Shown: piece by piece, positions 46,972-56,692 of the stretch
Layout of the letters: the number at the start of each line of letters is the position of its first letter
Position numbering within the stretch: the first letter of the stretch is position 1
Assembly: GCA_963711405.1 (NCBI GenBank)
Contig: CAVQDZ010000001.1
Span: forward strand, 891,865 to 955,864
Direction of reading: 5' to 3'
Origin: an uncultured Chloroflexia bacterium
Lineage (GTDB): Bacteria > Chloroflexota > Limnocylindria > Limnocylindrales > CSP1-4
Length of the DNA: 64,000 bases
Made by a program: the position numbers and the translations under genes
Notes under the pieces: model-generated
Seen by the model: the letters and a program-made list of their open reading frames with translations, nothing else
What the model was told of the DNA's origin: nothing
Databases searched by the model: none

Positions 46972-48132
46972 CTAGTCGCGCACCGAGTTGAGCATGTCGC
47001 GGGCGATGATCAGGCGCTGGATCTGCTGCGTGCCCTCGTACAGCTGGGTGATCTTGGCGTCGCGCATCATCCGCTCGACCGGGTACTCGGTCGTGTAGCC
47101 GTAGCCGCCCAGGACCTGGACCGCGTCCGTGGTGACCGCCATCGCCGTGTCGCCGCAGAAGAGCTTGGCCATCGCCGCCCAGCGCGGCGCGCTCTCGTCA
47201 CCGGCGTCGATCTGCTCCGCGGCGGCGTACAGCAGCTGGCGGGCGGCCTCCGTCTGCGTGGCCATGTCCGCGAGCATCGCGCCGACCATCTGGAACTCGC
47301 CGATCGACCGGCCGAACTGCTTGCGCTCTGTTGCGTACTTTGTGGCAACGTCGAGCGCGCCCTGGGCGAGTCCGACCGCCTGCGCACCGATGCCTGCACG
47401 CGATCGCTCGAACGTCTTCATCGCCAGTCCCCAGCCGTCGCCCAGGTCGCCGACGCGATTGGCGTCGGGCACGCGTGCGTCGGCGAAGGCGAGCTCCGCG
47501 GTCGTCGAGCCGCGGATGCCCATCTTGTGCTCGACACGCGGCGAGCTGAAGCCGGGCGTGCCCTTCTCGACGTAGAAGCAGCTGATGTGACGGTGCGCCT
47601 TGACCGCGGCGGGATCCGTGTCAGTGACGGCGAAGACGGCCACGACGCTCGCGACATCGCCCTGGCTGATGAAGCGCTTCTCGCCGTTGATGACCCACTC
47701 GTCGCCGGCGCGCGTCGCGCGCGTACGCATGCTTGCAGCGTCCGACCCGGCGCCTGCCTCTGTGAGAGCAAACGCGGCCAGCTTCTTGCCCGCGGCGAAA
47801 TCAGGCAGCCAGCGTCGTTTCTGTTCGTCAGTGCCGCCGTGCATCAGCGGCAGCGCGCCCAGCTCCTGCACGGCCGGGATCAGGCCGCTCGTCGCGCATA
47901 CGCGGCTGAGCTCCTCGATCACGAGCAGGTTGCTGATCATGTCCGCGCCCAGGCCGCCGTACTCCTCCGGAAAGGGCGGCGCGAAGAAGTCGTGCGCGGC
48001 GAGCAGCTCGACGATGTCCCAGGGGAACTCGCCGCTCTGGTCAATGGCCGCGGCGCGCGGCGCGACCTTGTCCTGGGCGAGCTCGCGGACTGCGTCACGC
48101 AGGGCCGTCTGGTCGGAATTGAGAACGGTCAT
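46972..48132 (-). CDS. Acyl-CoA dehydrogenase
   Basis: 386 aa and intact. ALTEAGAGSDA, INGEKRFISQG, QVLGGYGYTTEYPVERMMRDAKITQLYEGTQQIQ. Confidence 0.92.
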   Translation of the reverse strand: MTVLNSDQTALRDAVRELAQDKVAPRAAAIDQSGEFPWDIVELLAAHDFFAPPFPEEYGGLGADMISNLLVIEELSRVCATSGLIPAVQELGALPLMHGGTDEQKRRWLPDFAAGKKLAAFALTEAGAGSDAASMRTRATRAGDEWVINGEKRFISQGDVASVVAVFAVTDTDPAAVKAHRHISCFYVEKGTPGFSSPRVEHKMGIRGSTTAELAFADARVPDANRVGDLGDGWGLAMKTFERSRAGIGAQAVGLAQGALDVATKYATERKQFGRSIGEFQMVGAMLADMATQTEAARQLLYAAAEQIDAGDESAPRWAAMAKLFCGDTAMAVTTDAVQVLGGYGYTTEYPVERMMRDAKITQLYEGTQQIQRLIIARDMLNSVRD

Positions 48133-48195
48133 CGCGCCCGATCGTAGCGTGGTTTGGCGCGTCGCCGTCGTGCGCGACCCGGTCGGGCTGCGCTG

Positions 48196-48567
48196 TCAGA
48201 CGCGACGGAGGATGTCGACCTTCTTCTGTTCGAACTCATCTCTGGACACTGCGCCGGTGCGCCGCAGATGGTTGAGCACGGAGAAACCGGTCAGCAGCTC
48301 GACTGGGCTGACACGCTTGTCCTCGTCGTCGGAGCTGAGGTCGGCCATCTGCACTGGCACCAGCTCCGGCTCGGACGCGGCTTCTGTCTCCGGCTCCTTG
48401 TGCGCTGCCTCGCCACGGTCCCGCCGGCGCGTGGCGTCGAAGAAGACGAAGCCCATCACCGCACCGAAGAACCCTATGCGCAGCCCTTCAGCCCGACGCG
48501 GCAATGGGAGTACGGCAATCAGTAGACAGCCGATGAGGCCGAGTAGACCGGTCAACGAGATGTTCAC
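48196..48567 (-). CDS. Membrane protein with C-terminal SHOCT domain
   Basis: Two N-terminal TM segments and an acidic linker. The C-terminus LRRTGAVSRDEFEQKKVDILRRV is SHOCT-like. Confidence 0.65.
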   Translation of the reverse strand: MNISLTGLLGLIGCLLIAVLPLPRRAEGLRIGFFGAVMGFVFFDATRRRDRGEAAHKEPETEAASEPELVPVQMADLSSDDEDKRVSPVELLTGFSVLNHLRRTGAVSRDEFEQKKVDILRRV

Positions 48568-48614
48568 CCGACAAGTCTCCTACTTCCGACAATGGGCTGA
48601 GCGCCGCGCGCGCA

Positions 48615-49430
48615 GTGCCCGCGGCATGCGACGATCGAGTGATGCTGCACGCGCGGGCCAACACGCTTGGCGAGGGGCCGCTGACCGTCCGAGCTGTCCT
48701 CGAAGACGCCCTTGGCATGCTGCGCCAGAACTTTGTGCGTATCTGCGGCGTGGCACTCCTCTTCTTCGCCCTGCCCGCGGTGCTGACCGAATTGGTCGAT
48801 CTCTTCCTTGAGGGACAGCCAGACCACGGCCCGGTCCAGCTGGCGCTGGTGCTGGTCACCTTGTTCGTGGCCGTTCTGTTGCGAACGCTTGGGCCAATCG
48901 CTTACAGCGGTTTTCTCGATGAGGGCGTCGCCCAGGAATACCTGACCGGCCACCACAAGACCGTGCGCGAGGCACTCTCCTTGCTGCCGTGGCGGCGCCT
49001 GTTCGTGGCCGACATCATCGTCTCGCTTGCCGTCTCAGTCGGCCTGTCACTGTTCGTGATCCCCGGCCTGGTCATCTACGGCCTGCTCGGCTTGATCGGC
49101 CCGATCCTCGTGCGCGAGCGTTCCGGGCTGCGTGCATCGTTCCGCCGCACGGCCACGCTCAGCCGGACCGTCCCAGCGCTGGTCATCGCGCTCGTCGTCA
49201 TTCCGTTTTCTGTCGAGCAACTGCTCCACGCAGTGGTGCTCGAAGAAATCCTGCACGACGCGGCGTCGACGATCCAGATCTTCGTCGAGTGGCTGTTCGC
49301 GGTCTTCCTGGGCGGCACGCTGGGCCTGATCGAGGTGGCTCTTGCGGCCGAGCTCATGGCACGCAATCCACGCCCCGATGCGCAGCCGGACGGCCCGTTA
49401 TTGGACGACGGGCAGGCTCCGGCCGTTTGA
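48615..49430 (+). CDS. Hypothetical polytopic membrane protein
   Basis: 271-aa track ORF with 5-6 hydrophobic segments. The start is uncertain (GTG 48615 or ATG 48642). It converges with and overlaps the end of the next gene by about 30 nt. Confidence 0.45.
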   Translation: MPAACDDRVMLHARANTLGEGPLTVRAVLEDALGMLRQNFVRICGVALLFFALPAVLTELVDLFLEGQPDHGPVQLALVLVTLFVAVLLRTLGPIAYSGFLDEGVAQEYLTGHHKTVREALSLLPWRRLFVADIIVSLAVSVGLSLFVIPGLVIYGLLGLIGPILVRERSGLRASFRRTATLSRTVPALVIALVVIPFSVEQLLHAVVLEEILHDAASTIQIFVEWLFAVFLGGTLGLIEVALAAELMARNPRPDAQPDGPLLDDGQAPAV

Positions 49431-51510
49431 CGGGACGCTGCCACTGAGCGGCAGCCCCGCGGCGAGGATCTCGCTGATGTCCTGGACGAGGACGCCTGTG
49501 GCCGCATCACCGGCATCGGCGACGCCGTCGCGCATCATGACCAGGCAGAACGGACACGCCGTAGCGACGGCCTCTGCGCCGGTGGCGAGTGCCTGGCGAG
49601 TTCGCTCTGCATTGACCCGGGTGCCGCGCTTCTCCTCCATCCACATGCGACCGCCACCAGCGCCGCAGCAGAATGTCTGTCGGCCGTTGTTGTCCATCTC
49701 GCGCAGCTCGATGCCGGGCACGGCGTTGAGCACGTCGCGCGTCTCGCTGATGACACCGTTGTAGCGCGCCAGGTAGCACGAGTCGTGCACCGTGATCGTC
49801 TGCTCGCGGCGCGCGTCGACGCGCAGCCGGCCGTCACCGACGAGCTTGGACAGGAACTGCGAATGGTGGACGACGTTGTAGTTGCCGCCCAGCTGGCCGT
49901 ACTCGTTGCCGATCGAGTTGAAGCAGTGCGGACAGGCCGTGATGATCGTCTTGGGCTTGTAGCGGTTGAGCGTCTCGACGTTGCCCGTGGCCAGCATCTG
50001 GAAGACGTACTCGTTGCCCATCCGGCGCGCCGGGTCGCCCGTGCACGACTCTTCCTGGCCCAACACCGCGTACTTGACTCCGGCGGCGGTCAAACAGGTC
50101 ACCACCGCACGGGCGACCCGGCGGTTGCGGTCGTCGAATGACGCGGCACAGCCCACCCAGTACAGGCATTCCAGATCAGCGACCGCGTCAGCGCCACCCT
50201 CCTCCACCACCTGCGCGGCCGTCGGCACGTCGAAGGGCAGGCTCTTGGCCCAATCGAGTCGCGACGTCTGCGGCTGGCCCCAGATGTTTGAGTAGCGCTC
50301 GAGGTTGTTGAACGAGATCGCCAGCTCCTCCGGAAACCGCGATTCCTCGAGCACCAGGTTGCGACGCAGGCCGACGATCTTGTCGACGTGCTCGATCATC
50401 ACCGGGCACGCCTCGACGCACGCGCCGCAGGTCAGGCAATCCCACACGCCGTCGTACGGGATGGCGTTGTCGACGACCGGCTTGGCCAAGCGCGTGGGCC
50501 GCGGCGGAATCCTTGACTCCGGGGGACGCGGATGGCTTGATCCACGGGATCAGCGGCACACCCGCCTCCGATTCGACGGCCATCTCGCGGATGCCCATGA
50601 TCATCGTCTTGGGATTGAGCGGCTTGCCCGTGGCCCACGCCGGACAGGCCTCCTGGCAGCGGCCGCACTCGGTGCACGTGAAGCCGTCGAGCAGGTCCTT
50701 CCACGACAGGTCCTCGATCGTCTTGACGCCGAATCGGGCGTCCGCCGCCTCGAGGTCCATCATCGGCAGCTCGCCGCGCGGGCGCATCTTGCGCAGCCCG
50801 GCGTTGAAGAAGGCCGTGACGATGTGGAGGTGCTTGGAGCCCGGCAGGTAGATCAGGAAGAAGCTGACCAGCGCGACATTGGCCCAGAAGAACAGGCCGT
50901 AACCGGCCTCGAGCACGCCCTGCGGCAGAAGCTTCTCAAGCCCAATGGACAGCGGAAACGCCATGACCGCCCAGCCCGCGTCCGGATCGCCGAACGCCGC
51001 GATGCGGAAGGCCTCCGCGAGCCACTCTGAGAGAACCACGCCGCCGATCAGCAGCAGGATGATGACGCCATCGCGCGACAGGGTGGTGCGTCGCGGGTAG
51101 CGCCAGACGAGGCGACGGAAGAGGGCGTAGCCGACCATTACCAGCACGCCGAGCACGAACAGGTTCTGGCCCAGCAGCAGCAGGCGCCACAGCCAGCCGT
51201 CGAGGATCGAGACGCCGATCGTTCGAATGAGACCGAAAGCCACCCGATCGGCGGTGCCAACGGTCAAGATCACGAAGCCCCAGAAGATCGTGGCGTGCAT
51301 GATCCCGGCGTCCAGATCGCGGAACATGCGCACCTGGACGATCGCGTACTTGAAGACCGAGGTGAGTCGCCCCGGCTCGTCGCGCACGCTGGTAGCGGGT
51401 CGGGCGTACGCCCACACGCGCAGGTGGCGCGCCATGAGCAGCGTGAAACCGACTACGGAGGTGAGGAAGAGCAGCGGCGCCAGCGGGTAGAGCGGGACGT
51501 GCTCGACCAT
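49398..51510 (-). pseudogene. Membrane-bound Fe-S oxidoreductase (HdrD/GlcF-like with N-terminal TM domain; EtfD-like), 1 apparent +1 frame break (about 50510)
   Basis: Track ORF 50188..51510 has 5-6 TM helices and then CTECGRCQEACP. Track ORF 49398..50489 has CLTCGACVEACP plus two CCG domains (WVGCAASF, CPHCFN, DSCYLARY, FCCGAGGG, CPFCLVMM). The junction is ...PWIKPSASP / SRIPPRPTRLAKPVVDN. Confidence 0.8.
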
Positions 51511-52012
51511 CAGGGTTGGTCCGCGGCCTCCTTGTCGACGTGCTGGGTGTGTCCGCCGAGCGTTTCGAGTGCATGATCGAGCAACGGCTCGACTGCGTGG
51601 AGCGATTCTGTCGCGCCCGACGTGGAGCCCGGGACGGCAATCACCAGCGTGGAGCCGAGCACGCCGGCGAGGCTGCGTGACAGGTCAGCCATGGGCGTTT
51701 TGGTACGGCCGAACGCGCGCATCTGCTCTCCGAAGCCGGCAATCTCGAAGTCGAGCAACGCGTGCAGCGTCTGCGGCGTCCGATCTCTGGGGCCCAGACC
51801 CGTGCCGCCGGTCGAGACGATCAGGTGCATGGTCCGTGCGGCGTCCGTGACCGCGACGGCGATGCGCTCCATCTCGTCGGGCACTGTCTCGCGCTCGACG
51901 GTGTAGCCCAGCTCCTCCAGGCGCGCGCGCGAGCGCATCGCCGCTCGCGTCATCGCGCGTGCCGGCGTGCGACGCCGTCGCTGACCGTGAGCACGAGCGC
52001 GTGACGTGCCAT
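51510..52012 (-). pseudogene. mogA: Molybdenum cofactor biosynthesis protein MogA/MoaB, 1 apparent +1 frame break (about 51963)
   Basis: ATG 52012 gives MARHALVLTVSDGVAR. Deleting one C of CGCCGG gives GTRDDASGDALARARLEELGYTVE..., continuing in the track ORF 51510..52103 frame (IVSTGGTGLGPRDRTPQ, VPGSTSGA). Confidence 0.8.
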
Positions 52013-52057
52013 CAGCGCTGGCCGCGGTGTGGCCCGCGCGCGCCCGGCGCGGGCTTG

Positions 52058-52608
52058 CTACCGGCGTGCGGCTTGGGACCGTCCGTCTGCCGGCCGGTGC
52101 CACTCCCCTGACTTGCCGCCCGACTTCTCGAGCAGCCGGATATCGCGCACCGCGGCGCTGCGATCGACGCCCTTGACCATGTCATAGACCGTCAGCGCAG
52201 CGACCGCGGCGGCGGTCATCGCCTCCATCTCAACGCCCGGTGCCGGCGACCGTCGCGGCCGTGGCGCGGATGCGCACGCCGCCCGCGTTGCGCTCGGGCG
52301 TGATCTCGACGACGAGGTCAGTGATCGGGATCGGGTGACACAGCGGGATGAGGTCGGAGGTCTTCTTGGCGGCCATGACGCCGGCCATCTCCGCCACGGT
52401 CAGCACGTCACCCTTGGTCATCTGGCCGTCGACGATGGCACTGATCGTGTCCTGCTCGAGCGTGACGAATGCCTCTGCCGTGGCACGGCGGGCGGTGGCC
52501 GGCTTGGTCTGAGACATCGACCATGCGCGGCCGGCCGCCGCGACTGACGTGTGTCAGCCGGCGCCGCTCGCGTCGTTCGCTGTCGTTGCGCCTGGTTGGA
52601 TCGCTCAT
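52058..52608 (-). pseudogene. moaC: Cyclic pyranopterin monophosphate synthase MoaC, 2 apparent +1 frame breaks (about 52510 and 52235)
   Basis: ATG 52608 gives ...RLTHVSRGGRPRMVDVS, then KPATARRATAEAFVTL...[11 protein letters not shown] (track 52230..52517), then [27 protein letters not shown]...[12 protein letters not shown], ending at TAG 52058. One further shift would extend it to TGA 52012. Confidence 0.8.
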
Positions 52609-53867
52609 CGGAGGCGGATCACCTCAACTTCAGTGCCCGGTGCTGCTACATCAATCGTCTCGGGAATGATGGCGAGTCCGTCGGCGGCCGCAAGGGCGGA
52701 AAGCATGTGCAATTCCTGGCCGCCGGCGAGCGACGCGCGCCAGCCTTCGTCGCTCGCCGTGAGGCGTACACGGATGAATGCGCGTCGGCTGCGGTGCCTT
52801 GCGCACGCTATCGGTCAGGGTCGCCCGCACCACTTCGCGCCCGATGGTGTCAGTGTGGCCGCCCAGGCGCCTGATCACGGGCCGCACGAAGAGCTCGAAC
52901 GTGACCAGGCTGCTGACCGGGTTGCCGGGCAGGCCGAAGAGCAGCGTCTTGCCCGCCCGACCGAACGCCAAACGGCTTGCCGGGCTGGACGGCGATGCGC
53001 CACAGGTCGATCTGCCCGACGGCCGCAAAGGCGTCCTTGACCACGTCGTGGGCACCGACGGACACGCCCCCACTGGCGACGATGATGTCCGCCCACTCGA
53101 GGCCTTTGAGCAGCGCGTCCTTGACCGATTCGAGGCTGTCGCGCGCGATGCCCAACGAGCGAACTTCCGCGCCGGCATCGCGCGCCGCGGCCATCAGCCC
53201 GGGCGTGTTGCTGTCCGGGATCTGGGCAGGGCCGAGCGGCGGCGCCGGCAGCGACGAGCTCATCGCCCGTGGCAAGGATCGCGACGCGCGGCCGGCCGTA
53301 GACAGGCAGCGTGGCGTGGCCGCCGGCCGCGGCGACGGCGATCGCGGCCGGTGTCAGTTGCGCGCCTGGTTCGAGCAGCCGCTGGCCGGCGCGCAGGTCG
53401 CTGCCCGCTCGCCTGATGTGCGCGCCTGTCGTGAATTCAGCACGAATCCGGACTTTCGCCGGCAGGGCCGCGACGCCCGGTTCCGCGTCCGTGTCCTCGA
53501 CCGGCACGACCGAATCGGCACCCGGCGGCAGTGGCGCGCCGGTCAGGATGCGCAACGCCGTGCCCGGTGCGACGCTGACAGATGGCGCTGCGCCGGCCGC
53601 AACCTCGCCCGTCACGCTCAATTCGACGGGCGTCGAATCGCTCGCACCAGCCAAGTCCGCGGCAATGACCGCGAAACCATCCATCGCACTGTTGTCCCAC
53701 GGCGGTAGCGTCGTGAGAGACATCGCCTCGGTCGCCAACACCCGCCCCAACGCATCGTCGAGCGCGACATCTTCAGCCGGCAGTGGCTGAAGCCCCTCGA
53801 GCATCCGCGCCCGCGCTTCCTCGACGGACAGCAGCGGCCGTGCCATCTGCTCCGTGGTCGTGCTCAT
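52605..53867 (-). pseudogene. moeA: Molybdopterin molybdenumtransferase MoeA, at least 3 apparent +1 frame breaks (about 53245, 52975, 52790)
   Basis: The protein runs through four frames in turn. Frame A (track 52875..53867): PPWDNSAMDGFAV...ILATGDELV. Frame B (52850..53275): PLGPAQIPDSNTPGL...VASGGVSVGAHD...AVQPGKP. Frame C (52651..53178): AFGRAGKTLLFGLPGNPVSSLVTFELFVRP. Frame D: RRAFIRVRL...GQELHMLSALAAADGLAIIPE...-stop, overlapping the moaC ATG (ATGA). Confidence 0.8.
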
Positions 53868-54523
53868 GCCGTGGTCAGTGCGGCCGCGCGGCGGCGTGCC
53901 ACGAACCAGACGATCACCGCGCCGATAACTGACAGGCCAAATAGCGCGGCCGAGCTCAACTCCCAGAACGGCTCTGGGTACAGCAGGATCAGGTTGCTGT
54001 CCGCGGGGAATGCCCAGTTGCCGCCCGGAAAGAAGATCTCGTGGAAGAGCGTGAAAACAGTGTCGAAGGCCACGAACGCGAACACGCCCAGCACGACCAT
54101 CGCCACGATCAGCCAGATACCGCCGCGACCGACCGCCTTCCAGCGCGCCGCGTCCCGCGGCGCGCGCGACAGGGTGATGACGACGAATACGAGGCTGGCG
54201 ACGGCCAGGATCAGGAAGCCATACAACACGATCTGCACGTCATGCATGTGGCCCTGCTCATCGGCGGTGAACATCGGCGATCCGTCAGCTGCTGCGAAGT
54301 CGAACGAACCAAACGTGATCAGAGCACTGATTGTCTGATCGGACGCCACAACGGCAGCCTGGCCGCCTCCGCTTGGCGCAAGGCTCCCGGCGGCGCCAAG
54401 CGCGAAGTGGGTCCAGATCGGTGTGATCAGTAGCACCAGCGCCACTGCCAGGATCGATATCGCTGTCGCGAGGGACAGCAGGATCCTCACTCCTCGCGGA
54501 GCGTGTGCGCCTGCTCCATCCAC
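53864..54523 (-). CDS. Integral membrane protein, DUF1461/TIGR01906-like
   Basis: 219 aa with 4 TM segments. The central FTADEQGHMHDVQIVL resembles the conserved E..HM.DV motif of that family. Its stop overlaps the moeA start (ATGA). Confidence 0.5.
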   Translation of the reverse strand: MDGAGAHAPRGVRILLSLATAISILAVALVLLITPIWTHFALGAAGSLAPSGGGQAAVVASDQTISALITFGSFDFAAADGSPMFTADEQGHMHDVQIVLYGFLILAVASLVFVVITLSRAPRDAARWKAVGRGGIWLIVAMVVLGVFAFVAFDTVFTLFHEIFFPGGNWAFPADSNLILLYPEPFWELSSAALFGLSVIGAVIVWFVARRRAAALTTA

Positions 54524-54876
54524 CCTTCGATGGTCAACTCGACCGGCATGTCCATGCCCAATGCTCGGGCGGAGCGCTGGAGTCGAAGCTTGAAGTCGGG
54601 CATGTCCAGCGCCAGGAGGTCGCTCAGCCCCACGATGCCGGCCTGCGTGAAGAGCGCCTGCTCGGCCTCACCGAAGTTGGCCAGGTTGAGCAGCAGCGCC
54701 TCGTCACGCCAGTCATTGACGTCGTTGGGCGTGGCGCCGATCTGGTCGGCCAGGTACTGACGGCGCGTCGATGTCTCGGAGACCTCGAGCAGCAGGCCCG
54801 TGGTGAAGATCCCCTGGCGCTCGAGCGCCTCGAGGTGGTATTCGGGGACGCGCTGAAGGTTGGCGAGCGGCGGCAT
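54487..54876 (-). CDS. DUF4332 domain protein
   Basis: 129 aa with two helix-hairpin-helix-like halves (LERQGIFTTGLLLE; FTQAGIVGLSDLLAL), as in DUF4332. Confidence 0.55.
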   Translation of the reverse strand: MPPLANLQRVPEYHLEALERQGIFTTGLLLEVSETSTRRQYLADQIGATPNDVNDWRDEALLLNLANFGEAEQALFTQAGIVGLSDLLALDMPDFKLRLQRSARALGMDMPVELTIEGWMEQAHTLREE

Positions 54877-54897
54877 GGCGCTGATTATCTCCGGCGG

Positions 54898-55341
54898 CTA
54901 GCTGTCGAGCGTGGCCTCGACGCTCAGCTCGACGTTGCCCTTGAGCGCGCGCGAGATCGGGCAACCGTCACGGGCACTCTCCGCAGCTGCCAGGAACGCG
55001 GCCTGATCGGCACCGGGTACCTTGCCGTGGACCGCGAGGTGGCTGCTGATGACCGTCCAGCCGGCATCGCGCTTGTCGGCGGTGACGGTCGCGGTCACGT
55101 CGAGCTGCTCGGCCGTGAAGCCGGCCTTGGCCAGCGTGTTCGAGAGAGCCATCGAGAAGCACGATGCGTGCGCGGCAGCGAGAAGCTCCTCAGGCCCGCT
55201 CAGGCCCTCCGGGTCGGCCGTCCTGGCGTTCCAGCTGACCGGCAGATCAGTGAATTGTGAGCTGGTGCCCGAAGAAACGGAGCCACTGCCCTCGAAAAGG
55301 TTGCCCCGCCAAGTTGCGTTCGCCGAGCGCGTAACCGCCAT
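54898..55341 (-). CDS. osmC: OsmC family peroxiredoxin
   Basis: ATG 55341 follows GGGAGGA. ATWRGNLFEGSGSVS...ELLAAAHASCFSMAL...ESARDGCPISRAL carries the two conserved Cys of OsmC. Confidence 0.85.
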   Translation of the reverse strand: MAVTRSANATWRGNLFEGSGSVSSGTSSQFTDLPVSWNARTADPEGLSGPEELLAAAHASCFSMALSNTLAKAGFTAEQLDVTATVTADKRDAGWTVISSHLAVHGKVPGADQAAFLAAAESARDGCPISRALKGNVELSVEATLDS

Positions 55342-55465
55342 CAGGTCCTCCCACACAGATACAGCCGGGTTAGTCTAGGCCTGCAGTCTGTCCTGCGGCG
55401 GAACCGCTTCCTGCCACGGGGCGTCAGACGCGCGGGAGGGACATGAGCGGAACGGACCAGCCCGA

Positions 55466-56407
55466 ATGCTGAAGCGCGCGATCTCCATAGTCGCAGTCGT
55501 CGCCGCGGTTGCCCTCATCGGCGGGCTGGTCGTCTATAGCGGCGTGCTCCGTGGGGCGAGCCCATCGCCAGCTTTCACCGCGACGCCTACCGACAAACCA
55601 GACCAATCGGCCTCCCCCACCGCCCGCCCGACTCCGAGTTCGAGCACAGACGCCACCCCAACGCCGGTGGCCACGCCGACTCCCGTCGCGACACCAATTG
55701 ACACGGCGATCCACGCCAGCGCAATCGTCGTACCGGTGCGCAGTGCCGATCTGGCCATGTCCATAAGCGGGGTCGTGAGCACGGTCTACGTCACCCCGAA
55801 CGCTCAGGTCATTGGCGGCGAGCTGCTCCTCAAGCTCGACCAGACGAAATACCTGGCCGACATCGAGCTTGCCTCCGCCTCAGTCGATCAAGCCCAGACG
55901 GCCGTCGATAGCGCCACGCTCGCCGTTGAGCAGCTGTCACCTGACGCCACGGCCGACCAGATCGCGGCTGCCCAACAGGCGCTCCGGCTGGCCCAATCGA
56001 ACCTGGAGCTGGCTCACTCGGAGCAGAGTGCGGCCCAGGCAGCGCTGCGCCAGACGGAGCTGCGCGCACCGATCGCGGGCACGATCGCGAACATCGACGT
56101 GTCGATCGGAGAGCAGGTCAACGCCGGTCAGACGATCGCGTCGATCGGCGACTTCTCCACGTGGCTGGTCGAGACAACTGACGTGTCCGAGCTCGACGTC
56201 GTGCGTCTCGCAGTCGGCGATCGCGCGACGATCACCTACACGGCACTTCCCGGCGTCATCGCCACGGGCGTCGTCGACAACATCCAGGTCCGTGGCACGG
56301 ACAACAACGGCGAGATCAACTTCGCGGTCACGATCCGGCCCGACGTATACCTCCCGCAGCTCCGCTGGAACATGTCCGCGGCCGTGAGAATCGTTCCCAG
56401 CAGCTAG
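55466..56407 (+). CDS. HlyD/MacA-type periplasmic adaptor (membrane fusion) protein
   Basis: N-terminal TM segment and a Pro/Thr/Ser linker. Lipoyl-like hairpin VRSADLAMSISGVVSTVYV...GGELLLKLD, a coiled coil and ELRAPIAGTIANIDVSIGEQV. Confidence 0.75.
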   Translation: MLKRAISIVAVVAAVALIGGLVVYSGVLRGASPSPAFTATPTDKPDQSASPTARPTPSSSTDATPTPVATPTPVATPIDTAIHASAIVVPVRSADLAMSISGVVSTVYVTPNAQVIGGELLLKLDQTKYLADIELASASVDQAQTAVDSATLAVEQLSPDATADQIAAAQQALRLAQSNLELAHSEQSAAQAALRQTELRAPIAGTIANIDVSIGEQVNAGQTIASIGDFSTWLVETTDVSELDVVRLAVGDRATITYTALPGVIATGVVDNIQVRGTDNNGEINFAVTIRPDVYLPQLRWNMSAAVRIVPSS

Positions 56408-56692
56408 CCGGCGGACTTTGCCGATCATTTGAACAAGGTGCCCCTCATCCGCTACTTTGGCCGGCCGCGCGCTCGATTGGGCCGGACCACATCGACAGCG
56501 GACGTCCAGCTTTGGCCGATCATTGGTCAAACCTGTCGGCTTGCGCTCCTAGGTCGACGACGATCACGCCCGGTTGGGTGCCATTGGACGGGCACTTGTT
56601 CAAGTGATTGGAAATGTTGACCGACGACCGGCCTAAGCGGCGACGCGGGACATGACCGCGAGGGTGTTGCCGTCAGGGTCATCGAAGGCCGA

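Noticed and set aside
46657-48811. Long plus-strand ORFs 46657..48147 (496 aa) and 47600..48811 (403 aa)
   Set aside because: They are antisense to the intact acyl-CoA dehydrogenase and the SHOCT gene and have no recognisable motifs. This is a high-GC antisense artefact.
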